64,000 nt of DNA from Deltaproteobacteria bacterium (GCA_034670305.1 JAXMNT010000020.1:61993-125992), one strand, 5' to 3'; shown: positions 1-10,993, counted from the stretch's first letter. Program-made: numbers and translations. The notes: a model not told the origin generated them from the sequence alone.

Positions 1-124
1 TCGTGCTCGGTTATACGTGTGTGGGCCCGGGAAGTTCTCAGGCGATCGACGCGTTGCCCTTCTGTCTGCGATCAGTTATGTCGGTCGGCCCGGCACTCTC
101 GCTGGGCCCTACCCCGACCAAAAC

Positions 125-400
125 ATGTACCGCTGCGAACTCTGCAAGGCCGTTCAGGCCCCGCGCACCCCGTGTATCCGCGTGACCGTGGAAACCCGAC
201 CGACCGAATACCCGAGCCGTCCCAAAGCGCACAAAATGCGTGTGGGCCGCAAGATGAAGACGTTCGACGACTCCGGCGGGGCTGGCTACGAGATCGCCAA
301 AGAAGCGAAAGCATGCCCGAAGTGCGCGGAAGAGTTCGTCGCGAAGCAGAAAGCCGCCGAAGCCGCGGGCATCTACGACGACGAAGTCGCCAGCGCCTGA
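125..400 (+). CDS. small putative zinc-ribbon protein
   Basis: ATG at 125; CELC near the N-terminus and CPKC near the C-terminus; GC-rich third codon positions. Confidence 0.6.
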   Translation: MYRCELCKAVQAPRTPCIRVTVETRPTEYPSRPKAHKMRVGRKMKTFDDSGGAGYEIAKEAKACPKCAEEFVAKQKAAEAAGIYDDEVASA

Positions 401-759
401 CGCACTTCCGCTGATCATCCCAACGCCCCACCCGCGCCGAGTCGATCGTCGCGGCTTGGGGCGTTCGTCGTCTGGGTGAGCGCTGGCTCGATCTCGAGCA
501 CCGTTTCACCCCTCGGGTTGGAGGGTGCGCCGCCGCCCGCAGCGCAGTCTGCTCCCCGACTCCGATTCTCATCAGCCACAAGGTGCTGATATTGCACAGC
601 TTTCCCCGAAAGCAGCGAGCCGCATGTCTCAAGGTCCATTTGACAGCAGGTGGCCTCGCGCTCTAGGTGGGCTCGTCCATCACCCGTGAAGCGGGGTTCC
701 GCCAGTTGGCACAGACGCCTGTCTCGCCCTGCTGAACCACCGAAAACTCAGAGGAATTC

Positions 760-3759
760 GTGTCGCGAACGCTCGTCATCGTAGAGAGCCCTGCCAAGGC
801 CAAGACCATCGGGAAGTACCTCGGAAAGGACTTCGTGGTGGAGTCGTCCGTCGGGCACATCCGGGATCTCGCCGTCCCGAAGCAGCTCTCGAAAGAGCAG
901 CGCAAGAAGAACGTGTACATCGACGGCTACGCGGTTGACGTCGAGAACGATTTCCTGCCCATCTACGTGGTCGACGCCCGCAAGAAGTCGACCGTCGCCG
1001 AACTGAAGAAGATCCTGAAGGGTTCGGACGAACTCCTGCTCGCGACAGATGAAGACCGCGAAGGAGAGAGCATCGCCTGGCACCTCGTCGAGGTGCTCAA
1101 GCCCAAAGTGCCCGTGAAGCGCATGGTGTTTCACGAGATCACGAAGAAGGCGATCCTCGAGGCGGTCGGCAAGCCCCGCGAGATCGACCAGAACCTCGTC
1201 GACGCGCAGGAAGCCCGCCGAATCCTCGACCGGCTCTACGGCTTCGCGATGAGCAAGATGACGTGGCGCCGCACCAAAGGCCGCTCCGCGGGCCGGGTGC
1301 AGAGTGTCGCCACCCGCATCGTCGTGGAGCGGGAACGCGAGCGCATGGCGTTCCGCCGCGCGAGCTACTGGGACGTCGACGGCGAGTTCGCGGCGTCCGA
1401 CGCGAAGTTCCCGGGCCACCTGCTGGAGATCGACGGCAAGCGGGTCGTCAGCGGCAAGGACTTCGGCGACGACGGCAAGTTGAAGAAGACGACGGTCGCA
1501 CATCTCGACGAGACCGCGGCCCGAAAGCTGGTGCAGGACCTCGGACAAGCCACCTTCGAAGTGGCCCAGGTGCAGAAGAAGCCGACCACCCGTCGACCCT
1601 CCCCGCCCTTCATGACGTCGACGCTTCAGCAGGAAGCGAGCCGCAAGCTCGGCTGGGGTGCGCAGACGACGATGCGGGTCGCGCAGTCCCTCTACGAAAA
1701 CGGTTTCATCACCTACATGCGTACGGACTCCACGACGCTGTCGCAGACGGCGCTCGACGCCGCGCGCACGCAGATCGCGGAACTCTACGGCAAAGACGAG
1801 GTGCCCGCGGCGCCCCGTCAGTACAACCGCTCCGTCAAGAACGCCCAAGAGGCCCATGAGGCCATCCGCCCCGCCGGCGACTCGTTCCGCACCCCGGACG
1901 ACGTCGCGCGCGGTCTCGGCAAGAACGAATCCCGCCTGTACGAGCTCATCTGGAAGCGAACCGTCGCCTCGCAGATGAACGACGCCAAGGGCGAACAGGT
2001 CAGCGTGCGCATCCTGGCGAAGACGCCCGGTGGGCAGGAAGCCATGTTCTCGGCCAGCGGACTCACCTGGACCGCGCCCGGCTTCTTCAAGGCCTACGTC
2101 GAAGGCAGCGACGACCCGGAGGCCGAGCTCGAGAGCAAGGAACGCACGTTGCCGCCGCTCGCTCAGGGACAGAAGCTGGGCGGCGGTCCGTTCGAGGCCA
2201 AGGGCCACGAGACCCAGCCGCCCGCGCGCTTCACAGAAGCCACGCTGGTCAAGAAGCTCGAAGAGCTCGGGGTCGGCCGGCCGTCCACCTACGCGTCCAT
2301 CATCACGGTGATCCAGAACCGCGGCTATGTCTGGAAGAAGGGCCGCGCGCTCATCCCCAGCTTCACCGCGTTCGTCGTGGTTCGACTGATGGAAGATCAC
2401 TTCGCGGACCTGGTCGACTACCAGTTCACCGCGCGGATGGAGGACGATCTCGACGCGATCGCGAGCGGCGCCGCTGGCCGCAACGAGTACCTGCGCAAGT
2501 TCTTCCTGGGCGACGACACCAGCGACTCCGACGCCAAGAAGGGCCTCGAAGTCCGGGTGAAGCAGAAGCTCGAGGACATCGACCTCGACGAGACCAAACG
2601 CCTCGAGACGATCCCGCTCGGCAAAGCCGACGACGGCCGCGAGTTCGTGGTCCGCATCGGTCAGTACGGCCCCTACCTCCAGGTCGTCGGCGAAGAAGGC
2701 GCGACCGCGAGCGTGCCGGACGACATGGCGCCGGACGAGCTCACCATCGAGAAGGCCATCGAGCTCTTCGAGGCGCCGAGTGGCGACCGCGAGCTCGGCA
2801 CCGATCCAGACACGGGCAAGAAGGTGCTGCTGCGCGCCGGGCGCTTCGGGCTCTACGTGCAGCTCGGCGAAGGCGGCAAAGACAAAGAGAAGCCTGCGAC
2901 CGCGAGCCTCTTCAAGTCCATGGACCCCGAGACCGTCACGCTCGAGGAAGCACTCAAGCTGCTCTCCTTGCCGCGCACCGTGGGTGTCGCGGAAGACGGC
3001 GTGGAGATCCAGGCCCGCAACGGCCGCTTCGGTCCGTTCGTGACCAAGGGCACCGACAACCGGAACCTCGAATCCGAAGAAGCGATCTTCACCGTGACGC
3101 TCGAGCAGGCGCTCGAACTCTTCAAGCAGCCGAAGCGCCGCCGCGGTCAGAAAGAGACCCCGGTCCTCAAGGAGCTGGGGACCGATCCGGTCAGCGAAGG
3201 CAAGATCGTCCTCAAGGAAGGCCGCTGGGGCCCCTACGTGACCGACGGCGAGACCAACGCGTCCCTACGCCGCGGCGACACGATCGAAGAGATCACCCCG
3301 GAGCGCGCGCACGAGCTCTTGGCGTTGCGCCGCGAACGCGAGGCGAACTCACCGAAGAAGCCGAAGAAGAAGGCCGCCAAGAAGAAGGCCGCCAAGAAGA
3401 AGAAGCCGGCCAAACAGCTCGACACCGCGCTCGTCGCAGCCGCCGAGAAAGCGGTCGCCGGCAAGGGTGACGGCCGCATCGGACTCGACGACGCGAAGAT
3501 GCTGCTCGGTCTGGTCAAAGACGGCGGCAAGTACACCGACATCGAGAAACACACCGTCTCGCACCTGCGCAAGATGACGTGGACCGACGAAGCCGATAAG
3601 TGGTTCCGCTCCGAGATCCGCAAGTGGACCACCTCCATGGGCCGCGCCGCGAAGACCACGAAGAAGGCGACCAAGAAGAAGGCCGCCAAGAAGAAGACGG
3701 CCAAGAAGAAGACGGCCAAGAAGAAGGCGGCCAAGAAGAAGGCGGCCAAGAAGGCCTGA
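760..3759 (+). CDS. topA: type IA DNA topoisomerase I
   Basis: [22 protein letters not shown] (Toprim), SAGRVQS, catalytic [14 protein letters not shown]-type C-terminal repeats, Lys/Ala tail. Confidence 0.97.
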   Translation: MSRTLVIVESPAKAKTIGKYLGKDFVVESSVGHIRDLAVPKQLSKEQRKKNVYIDGYAVDVENDFLPIYVVDARKKSTVAELKKILKGSDELLLATDEDREGESIAWHLVEVLKPKVPVKRMVFHEITKKAILEAVGKPREIDQNLVDAQEARRILDRLYGFAMSKMTWRRTKGRSAGRVQSVATRIVVERERERMAFRRASYWDVDGEFAASDAKFPGHLLEIDGKRVVSGKDFGDDGKLKKTTVAHLDETAARKLVQDLGQATFEVAQVQKKPTTRRPSPPFMTSTLQQEASRKLGWGAQTTMRVAQSLYENGFITYMRTDSTTLSQTALDAARTQIAELYGKDEVPAAPRQYNRSVKNAQEAHEAIRPAGDSFRTPDDVARGLGKNESRLYELIWKRTVASQMNDAKGEQVSVRILAKTPGGQEAMFSASGLTWTAPGFFKAYVEGSDDPEAELESKERTLPPLAQGQKLGGGPFEAKGHETQPPARFTEATLVKKLEELGVGRPSTYASIITVIQNRGYVWKKGRALIPSFTAFVVVRLMEDHFADLVDYQFTARMEDDLDAIASGAAGRNEYLRKFFLGDDTSDSDAKKGLEVRVKQKLEDIDLDETKRLETIPLGKADDGREFVVRIGQYGPYLQVVGEEGATASVPDDMAPDELTIEKAIELFEAPSGDRELGTDPDTGKKVLLRAGRFGLYVQLGEGGKDKEKPATASLFKSMDPETVTLEEALKLLSLPRTVGVAEDGVEIQARNGRFGPFVTKGTDNRNLESEEAIFTVTLEQALELFKQPKRRRGQKETPVLKELGTDPVSEGKIVLKEGRWGPYVTDGETNASLRRGDTIEEITPERAHELLALRREREANSPKKPKKKAAKKKAAKKKKPAKQLDTALVAAAEKAVAGKGDGRIGLDDAKMLLGLVKDGGKYTDIEKHTVSHLRKMTWTDEADKWFRSEIRKWTTSMGRAAKTTKKATKKKAAKKKTAKKKTAKKKAAKKKAAKKA

Positions 3760-3815
3760 CTCGGGTCCCAGCCGCTGCGGGTCAAGAAGGTTGATCCGTC
3801 CAGGCGTCTGAGTCG

Positions 3816-3821
3816 TATAGT
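3816..3821 (+). promoter_or_regulatory. candidate -10 element for a leaderless transcript
   Basis: TATAGT 6 nt before the GTG at 3828; TTGATC at 3791-3796 (19-nt spacer, non-optimal). Confidence 0.4.
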
Positions 3822-3827
3822 CCGATC

Positions 3828-4217
3828 GTGACCTCCCCTGCCTACCGCCGGACCGACGCCGCCTTTGGGCTGCTGTTGTGGATCCTGGGCGGGGAGTTTC
3901 TTCCTTTGGCGCATCTGGTGATGCACGAGGACCTGGGCGAGCACACCCACGACGCGCACGAACGCGCGCACGAACAGGGACGCGCCCACCCCCACCCCGA
4001 GCCGGAAGACGACAGCGACCCATCGACCGGGCCGTCTTCCCAGGCGCACGGCGAGGGCAGCTTTGCCCATCACGACGAGATGATGGCGCAAGGCGCGCTG
4101 GCACCGCCGCTGGTCCCACCGACCCGCCTGGGCGTGCCGCCGGCGCTCCCGTCGCCGTGGACGCCCGCCGGCCGGACCTTGGTCCGGACCGCCAACGCGC
4201 GCGCTCCTCCGGTCTGA
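3828..4217 (+). CDS. His-rich leader protein ending in RAPP (DUF2946/CruR-like architecture)
   Basis: hydrophobic N-terminal segment, 11 His, no Cys, Pro-rich linker, C-terminal ARAPPV; directly upstream of a TonB-dependent receptor. Confidence 0.75.
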   Translation: MTSPAYRRTDAAFGLLLWILGGEFLPLAHLVMHEDLGEHTHDAHERAHEQGRAHPHPEPEDDSDPSTGPSSQAHGEGSFAHHDEMMAQGALAPPLVPPTRLGVPPALPSPWTPAGRTLVRTANARAPPV

Positions 4218-4249
4218 ACGACCTCCGAAACCATCGTTCGTGAGCGACC

Positions 4250-4300
4250 CAGGTCTTGAGATCAGGTCTTGAGATCCGTCTGAGATCTCTGCCTGAGATC
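4250..4300 (+). repeat. short direct repeats in the leader-receptor spacer
   Basis: CAGGTCTTGAGAT twice; TGAGATC at 4257, 4270, 4281 and 4294. Confidence 0.75.
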
Positions 4301-4418
4301 GCCGCTCGCCATTCCGTGAAGCGGGATCTTTGGCATCCCTGCCTCCGTCTTCATTCGTGTCCGCTCGATCTCGAGTTCGAGCTGGGCTCTTCCTTCTCCA
4401 ACGAAGCGTTGCCTTCGC

Positions 4419-7193
4419 ATGCCCTCTTCTTCCGCGCAGTTCGCGTCCGGAGTCTCCGTGGTGCTGTTGCTCGTTGCGTTCTCCTCGAACGCGTCGGCAC
4501 AGAACAACACCCCGGAACGCGTGCCGCCGTCCGTCGGGCACGCGCCGGCCGTCGCCTGGCCCGCGGGGGCGCCGGAGGGGCCGCGAGAGGTGGTGGTCGT
4601 GCTCTCGCTCGAGGTCGACGCCGACGGCGTGCTCACGGGCGCCCAAGTGGTGACCGCGCCTCTCCCATCGGTCCTGTTTCGTCGAGCGGCGCTGGCCCAC
4701 GTCGCGCAGATCGTGTTCCGCCCGGCGACGGTGGATGGCGTGCCCGTGGCGGCGCGGGTTCAGTACGCAGTGCGGTTCCGGGCGCCAGTGGCGGCCGACG
4801 TGGGGGCTGAGACCGACGCCGAGGCCGACGCCGAAGCCGAGGCCGACTCCGAAGCGGATGGCGAAGCCGACTCCGACGCCGACGCCGACTCCGATGCCGA
4901 GGCCGATGCCGACTCCGATGCCGATGCCGATGCCGATGCCGGTGCCGATGCCGATGCCGATGCCGATGCCGATGCCGATGCCGATGCCGATGCCGATGCC
5001 GATGCCGACTCCGACGCCGACTCCGGCTCCGACTCCGACTCCGAAGCTGGTGCCGGTGCCGACTCCGACTCCGACTCCGAAGCCGGTTCGTTCGGGGCGC
5101 GGGGGTGGACGGATCTGGATGTCGTCGAGCGGCCGCCGGCCGCCGCGAGTGAGTCCGACATCCAGCTCACCGCTTTCCGTTCGGTGCCCCGGCGATCCGC
5201 CGAAGAGAACCTGACGCTCGCGCCTGGGATCGTGCTCGCGAACCATGGCGGCGAAGGCAAAGCGAGCGGCATCTACCTGCGCGGGTTCGATGCCGGTGAG
5301 GGGCAGGACGTGGAGGTGCTCGTCGATGGCATCCCGCTCAACGAACCGAGCAACGCACACCTGCACGGCTACGCCGACAGCCACTTTCTGATCCCCGAGC
5401 TCGTAGAGAGCCTGCGTCTGCTCCCGGGTCCGTTCGACCCGGCGCAAGGGGACTTCGCCCTCGCGGGCACCGTCGAACACCGCCTCGGCGCGGACGAACC
5501 CGGCCTGCAGATCTTGGGCGGCTACGGATCGTACGCGCGCCGCCGCGCGTTGCTGCTGCTCGCGCAGGACGAACAACGGTTCGTCGGTTTCGAAGTCCAG
5601 TCGGGCGCAGGCTTCGGCATCAACCGACAGCACCGCAACGTGCGGCTGCTCGCGCGGTGGGGCGGCGGCGACGGCCGGCTCAGGTACCACATCACCCTCG
5701 CGAGCCACGCGCTCCGCTTCGATTCCGCCGGGGTGGTTCGGTCCGACCGCGTGACGGCCCGCGCCCTCCCCTGTGCCTCGGACAGCGACGCCCAGTTCTT
5801 CTGCACGGACGACAACAACCAAGGCGGCTCGGCTTCCCGGCACCTCGTCGCCGCCCACCTGGACTGGCGGCGTCCCGGCCAGCGGTACCGGCAAGTCGTA
5901 TGGGCCCAGCTGCGACGCAACCGGTTCCGAGAGAACTTCACCGGCACCCTCTTCGACGAGCGCGGCGATGGGCTCGACGAGCTGACCGACACCGTCACCG
6001 TCGGACTTCGGGGCGACTACGTCACCGACGCACTCGTCCGGCGCGGTCCACTGCGCGGCCTTCGGCAACAGCTGGAGCTTGGCTACCTCGCGCGCCACGA
6101 CCGCGGCGAGTCCCGGATGTTTCGGGTGCGCGGCACGGGTGAACCGCATTCGGTGGTGTTCGACGACGACCTCGCGCTCACCCACGTCGCCGCCCACGTC
6201 ACCGGCGTGTTGCGGGTGCCCCGGTTGTCCGTCCGCGCGGGTGCGCGGATCGCAGGGTTCGTCTTCTCCACCGTGGACCACAACCAACCGGAGATGGACC
6301 GAGTCGGCGAACGACTGCCGGAACAGTCCACCGAAGCGTTCGGCATCGCGTTGCTGCCGAGGATGAGCGCCGCGGTTCACCTGCTCGAGGGGTTCGACTG
6401 GACCACCAGCCTCGGTCTCGGGAGTCGATCCAGCGATGCGCGCGCGCTCAGCGAAGGCGAGTCGGCACCGTTCGCCCGGGCGCGTTCCGTGGAGAGTGGC
6501 TTGTCCCTGCTCCGAACGGTGGGAGACGTGAAGTTGGACGCGCGGGCGGGCGCGTTCTGGACGAACGTCGATCGCGATTTGCTCTTCGACTCCGAGTTCG
6601 GACGCAACGTGCCGCTCGGCGAGACCCAACGGTTCGGCGCGTTCGCGTCGCTCGGGGTTCACCTGGACGATTGGGTGGACCTGCTCGGCAGCTTCGCGTG
6701 GACCGAAGCACACCAGGCGCTCGATGGGGCCGGACCGTTCGATCTCACGAGCGGCCCCCGACTGCCCTTCGTACCCCGCTTCGTTGGACGGCTGGACGCC
6801 GCGCTTCGCCGCGAAGTCAAAGTGCGCAACGACGGTGTCGTCTTCGGGCTCGCCGCCGGTGCCAGCCTCATCGGTCGGCGCCCGCTGCCGAACGAGCAGC
6901 TGTCTCAGCGCATCTTCGTGGTGGATGCCGCCGGCAGCATGCGCTGGCGCTGGCTCGAACTGGACATCGCGGTCCGCAACCTGCTCGACACGCGCTACCG
7001 CGCGGTCGAGCTGCAGTACGAGTCGCGCTTCGCCGCGGACGACTTCGGTTCGCTGCGCCCGGCCCGCCACTTCGCCGCGGGTCCGCCCCTCGAGGTCATG
7101 ACGAGCCTCACCGTGCACCTGGACCTCCAAGCGTTCCGAAGTGTGTCCCAAGAAGACGCGTCCGCGCCGTCGAACCCAAGTGAGACCCCATGA
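4419..7193 (+). CDS. TonB-dependent receptor with N-terminal TonB-C-like domain and acidic linker
   Basis: signal peptide; [11 protein letters not shown] TonB-C-like segment; plug motifs [38 protein letters not shown] near the end. Confidence 0.9.
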   Translation: MPSSSAQFASGVSVVLLLVAFSSNASAQNNTPERVPPSVGHAPAVAWPAGAPEGPREVVVVLSLEVDADGVLTGAQVVTAPLPSVLFRRAALAHVAQIVFRPATVDGVPVAARVQYAVRFRAPVAADVGAETDAEADAEAEADSEADGEADSDADADSDAEADADSDADADADAGADADADADADADADADADADADSDADSGSDSDSEAGAGADSDSDSEAGSFGARGWTDLDVVERPPAAASESDIQLTAFRSVPRRSAEENLTLAPGIVLANHGGEGKASGIYLRGFDAGEGQDVEVLVDGIPLNEPSNAHLHGYADSHFLIPELVESLRLLPGPFDPAQGDFALAGTVEHRLGADEPGLQILGGYGSYARRRALLLLAQDEQRFVGFEVQSGAGFGINRQHRNVRLLARWGGGDGRLRYHITLASHALRFDSAGVVRSDRVTARALPCASDSDAQFFCTDDNNQGGSASRHLVAAHLDWRRPGQRYRQVVWAQLRRNRFRENFTGTLFDERGDGLDELTDTVTVGLRGDYVTDALVRRGPLRGLRQQLELGYLARHDRGESRMFRVRGTGEPHSVVFDDDLALTHVAAHVTGVLRVPRLSVRAGARIAGFVFSTVDHNQPEMDRVGERLPEQSTEAFGIALLPRMSAAVHLLEGFDWTTSLGLGSRSSDARALSEGESAPFARARSVESGLSLLRTVGDVKLDARAGAFWTNVDRDLLFDSEFGRNVPLGETQRFGAFASLGVHLDDWVDLLGSFAWTEAHQALDGAGPFDLTSGPRLPFVPRFVGRLDAALRREVKVRNDGVVFGLAAGASLIGRRPLPNEQLSQRIFVVDAAGSMRWRWLELDIAVRNLLDTRYRAVELQYESRFAADDFGSLRPARHFAAGPPLEVMTSLTVHLDLQAFRSVSQEDASAPSNPSETP
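4812..5083 (+). repeat. hexamer array encoding an Ala/Ser-Asp/Glu linker
   Basis: GCCGAT/GCCGAC/TCCGAC units in frame within the receptor. Confidence 0.9.
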
Positions 7194-7999
7194 CCCGCCC
7201 CATCCAGCTGCCCGTGCTCTGCGTCCGAAGCGCAGTGCCAGCTCACCGAAGCGCAGTGCTGTCCTCGAGAATCGCTGTGCTCTTCGCGCTCGCCCTGCCC
7301 TTTCTCCCCACCCCTGGGTGCGGCGCGGGAACCGGCGCGCCGATCGTCGACGCGTCTTTTGCGATCGGCGGCAGCGACGCGGCGCGGTCCTTCGCGACCT
7401 CTGCGGGTTGGCAGGTCGAGCTCACCGAAGCGCGCATCGTGCTCGGACCCATCTACGCGTTGGCACCCCGCGACGAAGTGCCCATGGCCTTGCGCCTTTG
7501 GCCCACGTCGGTCGCCCGCGCCCACGGCGGCTTCGACGCACTCGATGGCCGCATCGTGCGCATGGAGGTGCTCGATCAGTTCCTCGTCGACGCCCTCGCG
7601 CCGGAGCCGCAGATCATCGCGACGCTGGCCGAAGAAGGCCGCGCCACCGAACTGTCGGTCGGCATCCTGCCACCGGTCGATCGGCACGTAGAAGCAACCC
7701 GCGGCTTCGATGTTTGGGTCGAGGGCACGGCCCGCCAAGGAGAGACCGAGGTGCCCTTCAGCGGCGGCCTCGATCTCGGCGACGACCCCATGGCGCGCCG
7801 AGTCCAGAACATCGACCTCGACGCGAGCCTTGCCGAAGGCGGCACACTCCAGCTCTTGGTCGATGCGCGCGTCTGGCTCGACGGCGTCGACTTCGACCGG
7901 GTCGACGGCGAGTTCGCCCTGGACGGCCAGGCCCACGCCGCGCTCCGCGTCGGCGCGCGGCGACCCACTGCATTTTCGGCGACCTACCAGGCGCCCTAA
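7190..7999 (+). CDS. putative lipoprotein of the receptor operon
   Basis: ATGA overlap with the receptor stop; hydrophobic stretch then TPGC; start uncertain. Confidence 0.7.
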   Translation: MTRPIQLPVLCVRSAVPAHRSAVLSSRIAVLFALALPFLPTPGCGAGTGAPIVDASFAIGGSDAARSFATSAGWQVELTEARIVLGPIYALAPRDEVPMALRLWPTSVARAHGGFDALDGRIVRMEVLDQFLVDALAPEPQIIATLAEEGRATELSVGILPPVDRHVEATRGFDVWVEGTARQGETEVPFSGGLDLGDDPMARRVQNIDLDASLAEGGTLQLLVDARVWLDGVDFDRVDGEFALDGQAHAALRVGARRPTAFSATYQAP

Positions 8000-8031
8000 C
8001 TCAACAACAACGAGACTCGAGCTTCAACGAC

Positions 8032-8937
8032 ATGACCATGAACAACACCCATCGCCCGCGGAGAGCTGGAATCGGCTCCCTGATCCTTCTCGCCATCGTT
8101 GCGTGCGGCAGCGGGTCCACCGGCACCCTCGAAGTCCAACTCTCCGGTGAAGAAGCCAGCCAAGTCGGCTTCCCGGTCGGTGAAGGCGAGGGGCTGATCG
8201 CCTTCACCGATGGCTGGCGCATCGCATTCGATCGTGTGCTGGTCTCCGTCTCCGAGATCCACGTGCGCGCCTCGGACGGAGACGACGCGCTCGTCATGGC
8301 CGATCCAGTCGTCGTCGACCTGCATCTCGGCGAGCCGATCGCCTGGCGCTTCGAGAACGTGCCTTCGCGCCGCTGGGACCGCGTGTCGTACCAGTTCGCG
8401 CCCGCCACTTCGGCGAGCCGCGGCGTGGGCGACATCTCCGCCGACGACGTGCAAGCCATGGCAGCCGGTGGCCACTCCTTCTGGATCGAAGGCACCGCCA
8501 CCCGCGGCGAGGAGTCGGTGGCGTTCTCCTGGCAGTTCGACGCCTCCATCGAGAACACCGGCTGCATCAACGGCATGGACGAGACCGATGGTCTGGTCGT
8601 GCGCGAGAGCGGCGTCAGTGGTGTGCAGCTCACCGTGCACTTCGACCACCTCTTCTTCGACAGCTACGCCCACGACGATCCGCAGCTGCGTTTCGATCCC
8701 ATCGCGGCGGTGGCGGGAGACGACGGCGTCGTGACGCTCGAGGAACTCGCCTCCCAATCGATCGTCGACATGCGCGACGCCGAAGGCGCACCGATTCTGA
8801 TCGACGGCGCCCCCCTGACCTACGACCCAGGCGACCTCGACATTCCGACGACCGACCTGCGCGCGTACATGATCGGCGCCCTGAGCACGACGGGACACTT
8901 CAACGGCGAAGGCCACTGCGACTACGAGTTGCGTTAG
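8032..8937 (+). CDS. putative lipoprotein, possible metal binding
   Basis: lipobox IVAC; HFDHLFFD and C-terminal GHFNGEGHC; start 8032 or 8038. Confidence 0.75.
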   Translation: MTMNNTHRPRRAGIGSLILLAIVACGSGSTGTLEVQLSGEEASQVGFPVGEGEGLIAFTDGWRIAFDRVLVSVSEIHVRASDGDDALVMADPVVVDLHLGEPIAWRFENVPSRRWDRVSYQFAPATSASRGVGDISADDVQAMAAGGHSFWIEGTATRGEESVAFSWQFDASIENTGCINGMDETDGLVVRESGVSGVQLTVHFDHLFFDSYAHDDPQLRFDPIAAVAGDDGVVTLEELASQSIVDMRDAEGAPILIDGAPLTYDPGDLDIPTTDLRAYMIGALSTTGHFNGEGHCDYELR

Positions 8938-9332
8938 TCGGCGCAGGTGTCGCAGAGGCCGCGCAGCTGCACTTCTTCGACGTGGGCCACGCCCGTCACC
9001 GCGACCGACTCGATCGGGAGGCACGCCACGGTGCCGCACTCGGTACAGAGCAGATGCGGATGCTCCTGGTGGCGCTTCTCGCTCGCGAGCTCGAACCGCC
9101 ACACGTGGTCGCCGTGGTCCGAGCGTTTCGCCAAGCCCACTTCGACCAGGTCGCTCAGGTTGCGGTAGAGCGTCGCGCGGTCGAACCCGCGGGCGGCCAG
9201 ACCGTCGTTCACTTCGGAGTGGCTGAGCGGCCGCGTCGCTGCCAGAAGCAACTCCAGCACCGCCATGCGGGCGCCGGTCGCTCGGAGCCCATGGGCCCGG
9301 AGCGCGGCTTTCAGCTCGTCGACACTGGCCAC
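8934..9332 (-). CDS. Fur-family regulator (Zur-like)
   Basis: GLRATGAR, DRATLYRNL, HPHLLCTECG, GLCDTC; start estimated. Confidence 0.9.
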   Translation of the reverse strand: MASVDELKAALRAHGLRATGARMAVLELLLAATRPLSHSEVNDGLAARGFDRATLYRNLSDLVEVGLAKRSDHGDHVWRFELASEKRHQEHPHLLCTECGTVACLPIESVAVTGVAHVEEVQLRGLCDTCAD

Positions 9333-9411
9333 CCGCACAGCATCCCACGCACCCCCGCCATCAGCAACCACAACCCAGTTGCAAAAACGACCCGGTTGCG
9401 TACGGTGCAGC

Positions 9412-10989
9412 ATGGTCGCCGCTTTGGCCATCTCTGTCCTCTCGGTCGTGTTCGGTGCGTTGCTCGCGCTGGGCCGTCGACGTTGGGCCATGCACGGGCT
9501 GCAGACGTTCGCGGTCGTGGCCGCGCTCGCGGTCGTGCTCATGCACCTGCTGCCCGAAGCATTCGTGGGGGCCGGCATCGGCGCACTGGTCGTGTTCGGC
9601 ATCGCGTTCGGTGCCGCGCGCCTTCTCGACCGGTTCCACACACACGACGTCGACGCGGCCGATCCGGCACGGAAGGAGTGGGGTCTCGAGCTCGGCTTCT
9701 GGGCTTTGTGTCTGCACAAGCTCATGGATGGCCTCGCGCTCGGCTGGTACGCGCGGCAGGGCTTCTCCCGCTTCTCGGGCGGCCCGAACTTCGACGTGCT
9801 CTTCGCGCTCGCCGCCCACGCGGTGCCGGTGACCGCGCTCGTCGTCATCGCCTACCTGCCGCGCGGCACGAAGGTCGCCCTCACCCGCGCCGCGTGGTTG
9901 GCCGGCATGAGCGTCGCGGGTGTGCTGCTCGTGCGGGTGCTTCCCACGAGCCTCTACGTGCCCGTCGCACCGTGGATGGCGGCGGTCACCGGCGGACTGC
10001 TCTTGCACGTGGTCTCGCACTCCCACGGCGCCGACGCGCGGTCGCACGACGGGCCGATCCCACTGCGTTCGCGGGTCGTCGACCTCCTGGCGATCGGTGG
10101 CGCGCTGATGCTCGTCGTGCTCGCTCGAGGGCCCGTCGGTCCGGCCGGCGACATCCGCTGGCGCACCGTCGACGCATTCGTCGAGCTCGGTCTCGAAGTC
10201 GCGCCCGTGCTCGTGGTCGCACTGCTCGCCGTCGCGCTGCTCCGCACCAGCCTCGAACGCACCCAGCTCGGTTCGCGTGTGCTCTCGGTATTGGTTCCGC
10301 TGGCTGCGATCGAGACCCTCGCCGTCTCGACGCGGCTGCTCGGGGAATCGTTCGCGGCGCTTCGCGTCGCCAACGCGATCGGCATCGCGCTCGTCGCCGG
10401 CGCGCTCGTCCGGCACAGCCGCAAGAAACAAGAGCCCACCACGCTCGCGCCGCAGCTCGATCGGCTCTTCGCGCGCACCGTCCCGTGGACGTTGATCGGG
10501 TTGCTCGCCGCCGCGTACGTCCAAGTGCTCCTTCCCCCTCAAGCGCTCGCCCAGGTCTCTCTTGGGACCGCGTTTCTGGTGGTGACCCTCGTCGCGGTCC
10601 CGAGCTACATGTGCCCGGTCGCGGTCACGCCGCTCGCAGCGGTACTCATCGCCCGCGGCCTGCCCGCAGGGGCCGTTCTTGCGGGGTTGCTGCTGGGCCC
10701 TGCACTGCATCTCACGATGGCCAACCACCTCGCACGCAGCCACGGCCGCAAAGCAGCGCTGCTCTTCGTCGGCATCGTGCTGACGCTGGCCTGGGGCGCC
10801 GGTGGGTTCGTCGAATGGTCGGAGCTTCCGATCGCGCTGCGGGTCGAAATCGAGCCGCACCTGCACCATCCGCTCGAACAGCTCGCCCTCGGCATCTGCG
10901 CCGCGGTCGTGGCGCGGATGCTCTATCTGTTCGGAATTCATGGTTTCTTTGCGACGGCGAGCCCCGACCGGTCCCGCATCGCCGTCTGA
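9412..10989 (+). CDS. multi-pass permease (ZIP-like N-terminal half plus DUF318/ArsP-like C-terminal half)
   Basis: HLLPEA, LHKLMDGLAL, AHAVP, GLLLHVVSH; YMCPVAVTPLAAVL...GLLLGPA; many hydrophobic helices. Confidence 0.75.
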   Translation: MVAALAISVLSVVFGALLALGRRRWAMHGLQTFAVVAALAVVLMHLLPEAFVGAGIGALVVFGIAFGAARLLDRFHTHDVDAADPARKEWGLELGFWALCLHKLMDGLALGWYARQGFSRFSGGPNFDVLFALAAHAVPVTALVVIAYLPRGTKVALTRAAWLAGMSVAGVLLVRVLPTSLYVPVAPWMAAVTGGLLLHVVSHSHGADARSHDGPIPLRSRVVDLLAIGGALMLVVLARGPVGPAGDIRWRTVDAFVELGLEVAPVLVVALLAVALLRTSLERTQLGSRVLSVLVPLAAIETLAVSTRLLGESFAALRVANAIGIALVAGALVRHSRKKQEPTTLAPQLDRLFARTVPWTLIGLLAAAYVQVLLPPQALAQVSLGTAFLVVTLVAVPSYMCPVAVTPLAAVLIARGLPAGAVLAGLLLGPALHLTMANHLARSHGRKAALLFVGIVLTLAWGAGGFVEWSELPIALRVEIEPHLHHPLEQLALGICAAVVARMLYLFGIHGFFATASPDRSRIAV

Positions 10990-10993
10990 CCCC

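Noticed and set aside
640-669. topA sigma-70 promoter (TTGACA at 640)
   Set aside because: No convincing -10 at 16-18 nt spacing
4218-4418. Cobalamin riboswitch before the receptor
   Set aside because: No B12-box or other conserved core recognised by eye; an Rfam scan would settle it
3234-7151. 1305-aa minus-strand ORF
   Set aside because: Antisense shadow of topA and the receptor in GC-rich DNA; no motifs
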